From NCBI GenBank assembly GCA_964485845.1, contig CAZAKP010000005.1, positions 1 to 40,249 on the forward strand: a DNA stretch of 40,249 nucleotides, given 5' to 3'. A program made the translations under genes and the position numbers. Of this stretch, positions 1 to 11,073 are shown one piece after another. Source of the stretch: an uncultured bacterium (GTDB lineage Bacteria; Hydrothermota; Tepidihabitantia; Tepidihabitantales; Tepidihabitantaceae). The notes under the pieces are model-generated. The model did no database searches and had not been told where the DNA came from. It saw nothing but the letters and a program-made list of their open reading frames with translations. How positions within the stretch are numbered: the stretch's first letter is position 1; the number at the start of each line of letters is the position of its first letter.

Positions 1-54
1 ACCCATGTCTTCACCTTGAAAGAGTGATGTCCTGAACCGCTAGACGATGGGGCC
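1..54 (-). tRNA. tRNA-Glu(TTC), 3' end cut off by the window edge
   Basis: Reverse complement reads GGCCCCATCGTCTAGCGGTTCAGGACATCACTCTTTCAAGGTGAAGACATGGGT. It shows a D-arm, an anticodon stem TCACT/GGTGA with loop CTTTCAA, and the start of the T-arm. Confidence 0.93.
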
Positions 55-134
55 AGTTGTCCGGCGTGGCAGGAGGCCACACCTAAGTTCGGACACCGCG
101 TCAGGCTTCGACATCGTCCGCCCGACTCCGTTTA

Positions 135-162
135 AATCTACCCCGCCGCAGCGGGTTGTCAA
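135..162 (-). promoter_or_regulatory. sigma70-type promoter for the tRNA
   Basis: TTGACA(162-157)-N16-TAGATT(140-135). The -35 box overlaps the TGA stop of the upstream CDS. Confidence 0.7.
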
Positions 163-1940
163 TATGCCAGCGCGTCCCGGTAGTCTTTTACTTCGGGCTG
201 TTTGAGGAGCTCGGTGATGAGTTCCTGCCCGACCTGGGAGCGGCGCTGGTCGACATAGGTGCCGGCTTCAAGCGCCGCACCGGTGGTTTTGGCGTCGCAG
301 CGGATGATGAACGCGCCCCAGTTTGCCGCGACTACGCCGGTCCGGTCGCCGGGTTCAAGCGCCTCGAGTGCCCCGGCAAATTCGGGTCCTTTGCGCCGGC
401 GGCAGTCGGTGAGCCCGGCAAATGAGTCGGCTTGGAGCTCGACGCCCGGGTTCTCCGCGGCGAATTGTTCGAATGTTTTGCCGGCTTTGAGCGTTGCCAG
501 CGCCTTTTGGGCGAGGTCGGTCCAGACCGCCCGGTCTTTTTCCTGGCGCATGCGGAAGAGGACGGCGCGTTTAATCTTTTCGTAGTCGGCGTAGCCGGCC
601 GGTTTGACTTCGCCGAGTTCAAATACGTAGTAGCCGTTGGGGCCGCGCTGCGGCTGTTCGAAGACCTGGCCCGGCTTGGCTTTTTTCGCCCAGTCGATGA
701 GTTGTCCGGGGTTTTCGAGTTCGAGGCCGGGGAGGTCTTTCGCATCGGCGGAGATGGGCCGCGCCGGCTGTACCTGGAGGCCGAAGCGGGCGGCAAGGGT
801 GTCGAATCTTTCGGTTGTGGACTTTTCGATGAGGGAGCGGACCGAATCCCGCACCGTGGCCACCGCCTCGGTGCCGAGCTTGATGCGCACGAGGATGCGG
901 CCGTAGGCGAGCGAGTCTTTTTTCGCGCTGTCGAGCTGGACAATCTGCCAGCCGTAGCCGGCAAGGTAGGGGGCGCTGTACTGGCCGGGTTTGAGCCGGG
1001 CGAGGACGCTGTCGGTGATTTTGTCGAGCTCGGCGCGCGGGGTCATGGCCGGCATGGTTTCGCCTTCGAGGTCGCTGTAGTCGAGGGTGGTGAGGTTGAA
1101 GGTTTCACCTTTGACCAGTTGGTCGTAGGCCCGGTCGATAGTTTCTTTGGCTTCGGCCGAGTCCTGGGCCGTGACGGCAAGCGGGAGGAAGACGTAGTTG
1201 AGCTGCCAGGCTTCTTTGGTGCGGAAGGTGTCTTTGTGGGCTTCGAACCAGGCTTTGGTTTCGGCCTCGGAGGGTTCGGGCCGCTGGCCGGCGGCCTGGG
1301 GGCCGAAGTAGAGCGAGGTGGTTTTCCAGACCGTGTTGGCCGCTGCCAGCGCGTCTTCGATTTCGGGGTTTGTGACCCGGTAGGCGTTGATGACGTCGAT
1401 GCGGAACTTTTCCCGGGGCAGCATTTCGGCAATCTGCTGAGCGTATTTGGCGAAGTACCCGCGGTTTTCGGGCGCGTTCATGAGCTGGAGGTACTTTTGC
1501 GGGTCGAACTTGCCGTCGGTGAGCAGTTCGGGCCGGTTGCGCAGTTCCTCGGGCGGGTTGGATTTGATGATTTCGAGGACTTCTTCCTGGGTGATGCCGA
1601 CGTGCGAGGCCTTTTGCACTTTGGCCCAGGTGAGTTCGGTGACGAGGTATTTCCACGCCTGTTGTTCGACCGATTGGTAGTCTTCGGTGGACAGGTCGCG
1701 TAAACGGTTCTCGGTCTTGTACTTATCGGTGATGTAGCTGACCGCGGCCCGGTATTCGTCTTCGGTGACGTTGTGGTTGCCAATCTGGCCGACGTACCCG
1801 TGGGTATCGCGGCCCCGCCGGCTGCCGCGGGTTCCGATCATGCGCCAAAGCTCGCTCATGAGGAAGCCCGCGAGGAACGCCACGGCCACGATAATCATCA
1901 CGATGCGGACGCGTTTGCGCATATCGCTGAGCATTGCCAT
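159..1940 (-). CDS. PpiD/SurA-like membrane-anchored peptidylprolyl isomerase/chaperone
   Basis: N-terminus MAMLSDMRKR plus one TM helix, a SurA_N-like helical region, and a parvulin-like region (LKPGQYSAPYLAGYGWQIVQL). Start moved to ATG 1940, 8 nt after a -10 box. Confidence 0.85.
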   Translation of the reverse strand: MAMLSDMRKRVRIVMIIVAVAFLAGFLMSELWRMIGTRGSRRGRDTHGYVGQIGNHNVTEDEYRAAVSYITDKYKTENRLRDLSTEDYQSVEQQAWKYLVTELTWAKVQKASHVGITQEEVLEIIKSNPPEELRNRPELLTDGKFDPQKYLQLMNAPENRGYFAKYAQQIAEMLPREKFRIDVINAYRVTNPEIEDALAAANTVWKTTSLYFGPQAAGQRPEPSEAETKAWFEAHKDTFRTKEAWQLNYVFLPLAVTAQDSAEAKETIDRAYDQLVKGETFNLTTLDYSDLEGETMPAMTPRAELDKITDSVLARLKPGQYSAPYLAGYGWQIVQLDSAKKDSLAYGRILVRIKLGTEAVATVRDSVRSLIEKSTTERFDTLAARFGLQVQPARPISADAKDLPGLELENPGQLIDWAKKAKPGQVFEQPQRGPNGYYVFELGEVKPAGYADYEKIKRAVLFRMRQEKDRAVWTDLAQKALATLKAGKTFEQFAAENPGVELQADSFAGLTDCRRRKGPEFAGALEALEPGDRTGVVAANWGAFIIRCDAKTTGAALEAGTYVDQRRSQVGQELITELLKQPEVKDYRDALAY

Positions 1941-1948
1941 AGTGGTGT

Positions 1949-1976
1949 ATTGTATTGACATCCTTGCCGAAGTCAA
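1949..1976 (-). promoter_or_regulatory. sigma70-type promoter (leaderless)
   Basis: TTGACT-N16-TACAAT-N8-ATG. Confidence 0.7.
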
Positions 1977-1997
1977 CGGCTGACGGGAGGAGGTTGG

Positions 1998-2225
1998 GGG
2001 GAGTTCGGATAGTTCAGAGTTCAGAGACCAGAATTCAGAATGCAGAGGTGAGGATTCGGATTGGAGAACCACGGATGGACGCGGATAAGGGGAGTTCGGA
2101 TAGTTCAGAGTTCAGAGACCAGAGTCCAGAAGGCAGAGTTGCAGATTCGGAGAGGACCCGTCCCTCGTCCCTGGTCCTTGGTCCCTCGTCCCTAGTCCCT
2201 AGCCCCTCGTCCCTAGCCCCTCGTC
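1998..2225. repeat. Heptamer-periodic tandem repeats containing a 35-bp direct repeat
   Basis: GGGGAGTTCGGATAGTTCAGAGTTCAGAGACCAGA occurs at 1998-2032 and 2089-2123 (offset 91 = 13x7). A GTCCCTC/GTCCCTA/GCCCCTC array lies at ~2160-2225. Confidence 0.85.
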
Positions 2226-2253
2226 TTGACTTGGCTTGCCGCGGTCTTATCAT
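2226..2253 (+). promoter_or_regulatory. sigma70-type promoter (leaderless)
   Basis: TTGACT-N16-TATCAT-N9-GTG(2263). Confidence 0.65.
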
Positions 2254-2262
2254 CCTGCCCGA

Positions 2263-3675
2263 GTGAAATCCCGGTCTGGCCGGACAGCGTGGCTCGTTGT
2301 TGCCGGCGCAGTGGTCTATGTGGTTACGTTTCTTGCGCTTTACCCGCGCACGACCGCCGTCGTGGATGAGAACGCGTACCTGACCGAGGCGTTTTTGTTG
2401 CGGGCAGGGCATTTGTCGTACGAGGGCTCCGGCATCCCGGCGCCGCAGATGACCGTGGAGTGGAACGGCCGACAGGTGAGTAAGTACCCGCCGGGGACCG
2501 CGCTGTTCCTCGCGCCGTTCACTTTGTTCGGCTGGCGGGCGGTGTTTGTGTCCGGGTTGCTGCTCGCGCTTGCCGGGACCGCCCTTACCGGCCTGATTCT
2601 TGCGCGCCTCTCCCCCGACACCGACCGGGTGTGGGCGCTGCTTTACCTGTTCTATCCCGCGGTGGTGCTTTTGTCGCGGACCGTGATGAGCGACCTGCTG
2701 GCGGCGACCCTGGTGCTTGCCGCGTTCTATTGTCTGCTGCGCGGCCGGAGGTGGCTCGTGGCCGCCGGGTTCGTCCTTGGCCTTGGCTGTGTGGTGCGGT
2801 ATTCGAACGGGGTGTTTTTGCCCGTGTTCCTGGTACTGGCGCTGCGGCCGCGCGGGACGCGGCTTGCTTCCGCCCTTTTGTTCATCGCCGGGTTCCTGCC
2901 GCCGACGGTGTTTGTGGCCGCCTATAATGCGTATGCCTACGGTTCGCCTTTGTCTTTTCCGATGTATCTGACCGGCGACTTTTCGCCGGCGTACTTTTTC
3001 CACAATGCGTGGTACTATGGGTCCGCGCTTCTGCTGGTCTACCCGCTGATGCTCGTCGCGCCGCTCGCTTCCGGCCGGGGAAACCGCCTTTTGCTCGGCC
3101 TGCCGGCCTGGTCGCTGTTCGGCCTTTATTGTTTCTTTTCCTACACTTACGGCGCGCCGTACCTGCCGGGCCGGCTAACGCTGGGGCTTCGCTACCTGCT
3201 GCCCGGGCTGCCTTTCTTCATCCTGGCTTTTGTCGTCGTGGCCGACCGCCTGCTCGGCCGGCTCCGGCTGGGCCGGCTTAAGTATGCGGCGGTTGCATTC
3301 ATGGCGCTTTTGAGCGTCGCCATCCAGTTCCGCCACGACCGTTTGCTGGCGGTGCAGGCCGGGTATCAGCGCCTTTTGCTGAAGCATGTGCCGGAGTCGG
3401 CCCTGCTTTTGTGCGACGCGGGTACGTCCGAACTGGTGAGCTATGCGTGGGGCTGGCGCGACTATCGGCACCTGGCCGAGTTCAACGTTCCGGTCCCGCT
3501 CGATTCGGTGATGGGCGGCAGCCGGCCTTTGTACGCGGGCCTTACCGAGAAGCCCGGGGTGGATAACCCGGTGATGGTGACAATATTCGCGGCGGTGCTG
3601 GCGCGGTTCCCGGAGCGGACGCTTGTGGCGGAGACAGCGACGCCGTGGCGGTTCCGGCTTTACCGGCTGCGGTAG
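2263..3675 (+). CDS. GT-C fold membrane glycosyltransferase (PMT/ArnT, GT39-like)
   Basis: About 11-12 hydrophobic segments, an acidic DE motif (VVDENAY) after TM1, and SKYPPG, RYSN and RYLLP motifs. Start taken at in-frame GTG 2263. Confidence 0.8.
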   Translation: MKSRSGRTAWLVVAGAVVYVVTFLALYPRTTAVVDENAYLTEAFLLRAGHLSYEGSGIPAPQMTVEWNGRQVSKYPPGTALFLAPFTLFGWRAVFVSGLLLALAGTALTGLILARLSPDTDRVWALLYLFYPAVVLLSRTVMSDLLAATLVLAAFYCLLRGRRWLVAAGFVLGLGCVVRYSNGVFLPVFLVLALRPRGTRLASALLFIAGFLPPTVFVAAYNAYAYGSPLSFPMYLTGDFSPAYFFHNAWYYGSALLLVYPLMLVAPLASGRGNRLLLGLPAWSLFGLYCFFSYTYGAPYLPGRLTLGLRYLLPGLPFFILAFVVVADRLLGRLRLGRLKYAAVAFMALLSVAIQFRHDRLLAVQAGYQRLLLKHVPESALLLCDAGTSELVSYAWGWRDYRHLAEFNVPVPLDSVMGGSRPLYAGLTEKPGVDNPVMVTIFAAVLARFPERTLVAETATPWRFRLYRLR

Positions 3676-3722
3676 CCGGCGGAACAGGCTAAGGGCAAGG
3701 CTGAGGGGAGCGGGACGAGCCG

Positions 3723-4307
3723 TTACGCGAGCCGGCGGAGACGGCGCGCGGAGCCGGACCAGACGAACCCGGTGATGATAAGCGACGCAAAGAGGCCGTA
3801 GGAGCCGAGCATGATGCCGGCGACCTGGTAGCCGGCCATGTTCCGCGGCATGGTTTCGGCAAGCACCACAATCCAAAATGAGTAGGCGAGCAGCGCGGCA
3901 CCAAAGATGACAAGGTCCACGGCGATGTGGCCGGAGAGCAGGAAGGGACTGGGGCTGGGCCGGAGCAGGTGCAGGTAGCGCTCGCGCTCGCCGCCCGGCG
4001 GCAGCGGGCCGGCGAGACCCCACTCCGCCTCGAACAGGCTGACCGCGCGGCGGCCGAGAGCGGCAAGCACGGCGACCAGGGCGACAAGCAGCAGCGAGTA
4101 GATGACCGGCCGGTAGGCGTAGAAGAGCGCGATGGGTTCGACCGAGCTGCTGCCGGTGAGTGGAAAGCGGAGCAGGAGCCCGGGCCCGAAGCCCGCATGG
4201 ATGAGCAGCGCGAACGAGAAGAGGATGCGCAGGTAGAAAGTGGCGCGGGCGGCGCGGCCAAGCTGCTCGCGGAATCCGCCGCCGGGGGGCTCGGGGAGAA
4301 CGGACAT
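3723..4307 (-). CDS. Hypothetical membrane protein (4 TM)
   Basis: Four hydrophobic helices. ATG 4307 lies 7 nt after TTGACT(4342)-N16-TATGCT(4315). Confidence 0.7.
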   Translation of the reverse strand: MSVLPEPPGGGFREQLGRAARATFYLRILFSFALLIHAGFGPGLLLRFPLTGSSSVEPIALFYAYRPVIYSLLLVALVAVLAALGRRAVSLFEAEWGLAGPLPPGGERERYLHLLRPSPSPFLLSGHIAVDLVIFGAALLAYSFWIVVLAETMPRNMAGYQVAGIMLGSYGLFASLIITGFVWSGSARRLRRLA

Positions 4308-4369
4308 GGTGTTCAGCATAGGGCAGGAGGGACGGAAGTCAAACGCGGACCGAAACGAGTAGAAGATGC

Positions 4370-4560
4370 AACTCAAAGTGCAGAATGCAAATAGCAAAAG
4401 TCAAAATGACCGGAGATGGCAACCGCCGATAGACGCAGATGAACGCCGATTGGGGCCGAACCGGCTGACGGGCGCAAGGCAGAGGACGAAAAAGGGCAAA
4501 GTGACACGAAGAGGACGGGCGGAGGCGAGGGGAACGAAGCTAGAGGCTAGAAGCTAGAAC
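4370..4560. repeat. Short-period (7-10 nt) degenerate tandem repeats
   Basis: TGCAGAA/TGCAAAT/AGCAAAA; ACCGCCGATAGACGCAGATGAACGCCGAT; GAAGCTAGAGGCTAGAAGCTAG. Confidence 0.6.
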
Positions 4561-4603
4561 ACAGATAGACACTGAGCGGGGCAAAAATGGACCGGGTGCG
4601 TGG

Positions 4604-6469
4604 CTAGTGGTTGGGCGGGGCCTCGCGGATGAAGGCGAGGACGTGGAGCCGGCCGAGGGAGCGGTAGGTGCTGATTGTCGCCTGGAGCGGAACTACGGTC
4701 CCGTCGCGCCGGAGGCCGTGATATGTGTAACTGGCCGGGGCATCCCTGCCCTGTTCGCGCAGCCGGGTGTAGCCGGCCAAAAGTTCCCGATCTTCGGGCG
4801 CATCGAAGTCGGCCGCGGGGCGGCCGATGACTTCGGCCGGTGAGTCGTATCCGAGCAGCCGCGCGTACTTCTGGTTGGCGTAGACCAGCACGCCATCACA
4901 CTCGCCCACGATAGCGCCCGGCGAGTTATCGAGAACCGCCCGTAGTTCGTCCGCGGTCTCCTCGGCGGCCCGGGCCAGCCGCGCCCGCTCGGATGTGTCG
5001 TGGAGCATCACCATCGCCGCCGGGCGTCCCTGCCACCTGGTCAGCGACACGCCAATATCTGCCGGCACGGTGCGGCCGTCGCGACGCAGCAGGGTTATCG
5101 CGTAGTGCGACGGGACGTCTTCACCACGCGACCGCCGGGCATACCTGTCTTCAAGCAAGTCGCGGTCACCAGGCGGCGAGACGTCGCGGAACGTCATCTT
5201 GAGCAATTCCTCGGCCGGGTAGCCGAGTATCTCCGCGGCGCGGCGGTTGGCAAAAAGGTGTCGCCCGTTTTCGTCGCCGATAATAACACCCTCGGTGGCG
5301 TTCTCCGCCAGCGCCCGGAAGTTCTCTTCGCTCTCGCGCAGCGCCTGCTCGTCCAGTTTGCGCTTGGTGATGTCGCGCACGATCGCCAGCACGACCGTCT
5401 TGCCGTCCAGTTCCATCGTCGAGGCGCTCATCTCTACCGGTATCTGGCGTCCGCTCTTGTGCACGTTCACCGCCTCGGTTCGGAATGTCCGCTCGCGGAG
5501 AATCGCGTCGGTCACGTGCGGCAGCCAGGCCCGGGCATCGGCCGGCACCAAGTCCGAGACGCTCATCTTCAGCAGTTCGCCCCGTCGGTACCCGAGCAAC
5601 TCGCAGCCATGCCGGTTGACGTCGAGAATGCGCCCGTCGACCGACTCGATGAACACGGCGTCATTGGCCGACTCAAACACTGCGCGGTACATCCGCTCCG
5701 ACTGGCTGGTCGCCTGTTCGGCGCGGACCCGCTCGGTAACGTCGCGCGTCACGAGCAGCATCCGGCGCTCGCCGCCGACCTGCATCGTCGAGGCCAGAAG
5801 GTCCACCACGAAGCCGGCGCCGTCCTTCCGGCGCATGCGCAGGGTTTTGGCTACCTGCTGGCCGGAGGCAAGGCTTTTCATCAGTCTGGCCGCGGCGGGG
5901 CGGTCTTCGGGCGCCACCAGCCCCAGGAGGTTTATCTTCCGTGCCTCCTGGATTGTGTAGCCGTAGGACCGGAGGCAGGCCGGGTTCGCTTCGAGCACCT
6001 GGCCCGCCATGTCGGCGACCGCTACCGCGTCAAGCGTGTTCTCGAAAAGTACCCGATACTTGTCGGCGGATGCCTGAACCGCCTCCTCCGCGTTCCATAG
6101 GCCGGTCACGTCGCGGCCGACGAAAACCACCCCGGCGACTTCTCCGGCCTGGTTGCGCCCCGCCGTGGCGAACAGGTAGAGGGCCACTTCGTTGCCGGAG
6201 CGCGTGTGGCAGCGACGCGCGCCCGCAAAGTCGCGCCCGCCGAGAATTGAAGAAAGGTCGATAGCGGCCGGTCCGGTTGCTTCGATGCGACAGGCCATCG
6301 CATACGGCCGGCCGAGCACCTCCTGGGCCTTGAAGCCGGAAAGGTCTTCCGTCTCTTTGTTCCAGTAGACAACACAGCCGAAGCGGTCGGTGGCAAAGAC
6401 GAGATCGCCGGCCTGAAAGGAAACGTCGGCGGCGAAGGGGAAAGGCGCGGTCGTGCCGGGCTGAGTCAT
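4604..6469 (-). CDS. Multi-PAS (PAS S-box) protein: five PAS domains, no output domain
   Basis: Five repeats of a D/E..G....N...G...E.....RD[VI]T pattern, ending FIREAPPNH*. ATG 6469 is preferred because the ORF-track ATG 6559 lies inside the -10 box. Confidence 0.88.
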   Translation of the reverse strand: MTQPGTTAPFPFAADVSFQAGDLVFATDRFGCVVYWNKETEDLSGFKAQEVLGRPYAMACRIEATGPAAIDLSSILGGRDFAGARRCHTRSGNEVALYLFATAGRNQAGEVAGVVFVGRDVTGLWNAEEAVQASADKYRVLFENTLDAVAVADMAGQVLEANPACLRSYGYTIQEARKINLLGLVAPEDRPAAARLMKSLASGQQVAKTLRMRRKDGAGFVVDLLASTMQVGGERRMLLVTRDVTERVRAEQATSQSERMYRAVFESANDAVFIESVDGRILDVNRHGCELLGYRRGELLKMSVSDLVPADARAWLPHVTDAILRERTFRTEAVNVHKSGRQIPVEMSASTMELDGKTVVLAIVRDITKRKLDEQALRESEENFRALAENATEGVIIGDENGRHLFANRRAAEILGYPAEELLKMTFRDVSPPGDRDLLEDRYARRSRGEDVPSHYAITLLRRDGRTVPADIGVSLTRWQGRPAAMVMLHDTSERARLARAAEETADELRAVLDNSPGAIVGECDGVLVYANQKYARLLGYDSPAEVIGRPAADFDAPEDRELLAGYTRLREQGRDAPASYTYHGLRRDGTVVPLQATISTYRSLGRLHVLAFIREAPPNH

Positions 6470-6557
6470 TGAGGGAAGACGCACGTCCCGCGTTCGGCGG
6501 CCCACGCCAGTGGCCTGGGGCGCTTCAATGCTGCCCGTCCATACGGCATCAGTCTGC

Positions 6558-6585
6558 ATTCTACGTCCGCTCGCATCGCGGTCAA
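6558..6585 (-). promoter_or_regulatory. sigma70-type promoter
   Basis: TTGACC-N16-TAGAAT. Confidence 0.65.
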
Positions 6586-6793
6586 GTGTTTGTCTGCGTC
6601 GGTCTTTGCGCGCCTGAGATTAGCCGTAATTCTTCCGGTCGTGCAGGTTTCGTTCCGCGTCCGAAGCCGCGGCATCGTCGTATCTCACTGTCGGTCGGTT
6701 GGTTACGCGCCGGCAAGGCGGACGCCGCGTTTTCCGAGGCGTCCCCGGCGGCTTATACGGCAGCCCGAGACGCAAACTGCGGCAATCGGGCAC

Positions 6794-7486
6794 TCACGAG
6801 GGAGCGTCTGACACGATAATCGGGCCGACGTCGGCCGCGCGGGCGACGAGAAAATCGGGGTGGAATGACTTTAGAAACCAAGCGGGCCGGAACCCGTAGG
6901 CAACGGCACAGGTGTCAACCCCGGCCGCCTTGGCGGATTGAATGTCCAGCTCGGAATCGCCGACCATCACCGCCGCGCCCGGCAGTACGCCAAGGTTCCG
7001 CAATGCTGCGAGCACGGGCTCCGGGTCCGGCTTGTGCTTCCTTCCCTCGAGCCAGCCGTGGACGTAGTCGAAGTACGGGGCGAGGCCGGTACCCGCCAGC
7101 GTGAACTCGGCCTGGGTCTGGTGCTTGGTGGTCACGAGCGCCAGCTTTACGCCGGCGCCGCGCAGCCGCTCGAGCAGTTGCCTTATTCCCGGATAGACCC
7201 GGGTGCTGTCGTTGTAGTGTTCGGCGTAGTAGGCCCGGTAGACTTCGGCAAAGCGGCGCGCGCTTTCATCGTCAGCCGGACACCCCAGAGCGCGCGCGAC
7301 CGATTCGAGCGACTGGCCGATTAGGATGAGGACATCCTCGTCCGGCGGCTGCTCGCGACCCGGGAAGATCTGGCTGAGGGTGTGGCGGAACGCGGCGACA
7401 ATGTCTTTGCCGGAGTCGATCAGGGTGCCGTCGAGGTCGAAGAGAGCGGCCGCGTAGCGAAGGACGGCGGTTTGCGGGCCGGTCAC
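6794..7486 (-). CDS. HAD-IA hydrolase (phosphoglycolate phosphatase/PpaX-like)
   Basis: Motifs FDLDGTL, VTTK, KPDPEP and MVGDSELDI. Confidence 0.92.
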   Translation of the reverse strand: MTGPQTAVLRYAAALFDLDGTLIDSGKDIVAAFRHTLSQIFPGREQPPDEDVLILIGQSLESVARALGCPADDESARRFAEVYRAYYAEHYNDSTRVYPGIRQLLERLRGAGVKLALVTTKHQTQAEFTLAGTGLAPYFDYVHGWLEGRKHKPDPEPVLAALRNLGVLPGAAVMVGDSELDIQSAKAAGVDTCAVAYGFRPAWFLKSFHPDFLVARAADVGPIIVSDAPS

Positions 7487-7526
7487 TGGAACCTTCGAAC
7501 CCGGGAACCTGCGAACCCTGGCGCCG

Positions 7527-8899
<1,373 letters not shown>

Positions 8900-8903
<4 letters not shown>

Positions 8904-10675
8904 TTCGCCTCCATAGCCACCAGTTCCTTTTCCAGGTCGGCGCACGTCTGGGCGATGGCGGCCGGCGCTTCGGCCTCGGTGAGGTACTTCATCCGGGCGA
9001 TGCGGTCGCGCACCGCCAGGCCCTCAATCGCCCCGACCTCTACCCCACGCGCGAGGGCGGCCCGCCCGAGTTCGTAGAACCGCAGGATCGCGCTGAGCAT
9101 GGCGGCCTGTTTCGGGAGCGACGCGTAGGTGTCGACCTCGTGAAATGCGTTCTGGTGCAGGAAATCCTCACGAATCGACCGCGCCACCTCGAGCACCAAC
9201 CGGTCCTGCGCAGAGAGCGTGTCTTTTCCGACCAGCCTGACGATTTCCTCGAGTTGGGCCTCTTTCTCGAGCAGTTGCATGGCCGCGGCCGCATCCTTCA
9301 TGAACTCCGGCGTCGCCTGGCGGTCGAACGACTCGCGCAGGACATCGGAGTAGAGCGAATAGGAGTTCAGCCACGAAATCGCCGGGAAGTGGCGCTGGAA
9401 TGCCAGCCGGTCCTCGAGCGACCAGAAGACCTTCACGACGCGCAGGGTCGCCTGGACCACCGGATCGTTCAAGTCGCCGCCGGGCGGCGACACCGCGCCG
9501 ACCACCGACACCGCGCCTTCCTGTTCTTTGCCGTCCGGGGTCCGGCCCAGGCAGACCACGCGACCGGCACGCTCGTAGAATTCGGCCACGCGGGTCGCAA
9601 GGTAGGCAGGATAGCCCTCCTCGCCCGGCATCTCCTCGAGCCGCCCGGATATCTCGCGCATCGCCTCGGCCCAGCGCGAGGTCGAGTCGGCCTGCAACGC
9701 TACCGAGTAGCCCATGTCGCGGTAGTACTCAGCCAGGGTGATACCGGTATAGATCGATGCCTCGCGAGCGGCGACAGGCATGTTCGACGTGTTGGCAATC
9801 AGGACGGTCCGTTTCATCAACGGCTCGCCGGATTTGGGGTCGACGAGATGCGGGAATTCTAGCAGCACGTCGGTCATCTCGTTGCCGCGCTCGCCGCATC
9901 CGACGAATATAATGATCTCGGCATCGGACCACTTGGCGAACTGGTGCTGGATTACCGTCTTGCCCGAGCCGAAGGGTCCGGGGACGGCCGCAGTGCCGCC
10001 CTTGGCGATCGGGAAGAATGTGTCCACGACCCGCTGGCCGGTTACGAGCGGCTGGTCCGGCTGCAGCTTCCGCCGGTAGGGACGCGGCCGGCGCACGGGC
10101 CAGCGCTGGGCCATCTTCAGCGGCTGCTCACCGGTCGCGGTCTTGATGACCGCGACCGGCTCGTCGACCGTAAACTCGCCCGGCCCGATCCGCATAACCT
10201 CACCCGACATTCCGGGCGGCAGCATGATCCGGTGGCGCACGAGAACAGTCTCCTGGACTTCGCCAACGATGTCGCCCGGCTCGAGCCGGTCGCCCGACTT
10301 GCGCAGCGGCGTGAAAGTCCACTTCCGGCTCCGGTCGAGCGGCGGCGCCTCAACGCCGCGGCTGATGAAATCTCCGGCCTGTTTCTGGATGACGTCGAGC
10401 GGTCGCTGGATTCCGTCGTAAATCGACTCGATCAGCCCCGGGCCCAGCTCGACCGAGAGCGGCTCGAAAGTCGGGAATACCGGTTCGCCCGGGCCCACGC
10501 CTCCGGTCTCCTCGTAGACCTGGATTGACGCGCGCGCTCCTTCCAGCTCGATGATCTCTCCCACCAGTCGTTTCTCGCTGACCTTCACGACATCGTACAT
10601 TCTCGCCCCGGCGAGACCTTCGGCTACCACCAACGGACCCGAGACTTTGACAATCGTACCCTGGCTTTCACTCAT
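8900..10675 (-). CDS. atpA: V/A-type ATP synthase subunit A
   Basis: Walker A GPFGSGKT, plus GCGERGNEM and [12 protein letters not shown]. Confidence 0.98.
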
Positions 10676-10677
10676 CG

Positions 10678-11073
10678 CTAATCTCCTTCGTATGGAACCG
10701 AAGTCTTCTCTCCGCGAGGCGCCTGGGCGCGCCCGAACACGTCCGCGCCAACCGCGCGCCTGACGATCTCCCGCAGCCGCTCAATACCTCGCTGCTCCGC
10801 GCCCATCGGCAGCATCACTAGACAGGGCGTTGCACTCAAGCTGTGGCGGCCGATGAGGCCGGCCAGATGCGGCGACAGGTCCTCGGTGTAGAAAAGGACC
10901 GAGAGTCCTGCCCCCAGCAGCTTTTCGACCTGCGTGCCGGCATCGGGGCCCGGCTCGACCGGAAAGACACTAAGCCCGGCGGCACGGAACGGCGCGATTA
11001 CCTCCGGCCTGCCCACGACGCCAACCCGGGCGGCGAGACTCGCGGCAGAACCCGATGTTTCGCTATTCGACAT
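10678..11073 (-). CDS. atpF: V/A-type ATP synthase subunit F
   Basis: RVGVVG..E....FRAAG and [10 protein letters not shown] motifs; sits between subunits C and A. Confidence 0.88.
   Translation of the reverse strand: MSNSETSGSAASLAARVGVVGRPEVIAPFRAAGLSVFPVEPGPDAGTQVEKLLGAGLSVLFYTEDLSPHLAGLIGRHSLSATPCLVMLPMGAEQRGIERLREIVRRAVGADVFGRAQAPRGEKTSVPYEGD

Noticed and set aside
432-1703. Long + strand ORF (423 aa) and similar antisense ORFs (5000-6100, 7539-8876, 10934-12295, 21261-22394, 33794-34780)
   Set aside because: They are antisense shadows of well-supported genes, expected in high-GC DNA, and show no motifs.
1941-2072. N-terminal extension of the PpiD-like ORF, and ORF 2035-3003
   Set aside because: They run through the promoter and heptamer repeats (translated SEFWSLNSEL), so they are not credible coding sequence.
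1998-2225. Direct repeats as a CRISPR array
   Set aside because: Only two copies, internally heptameric, no spacer series and no cas genes.
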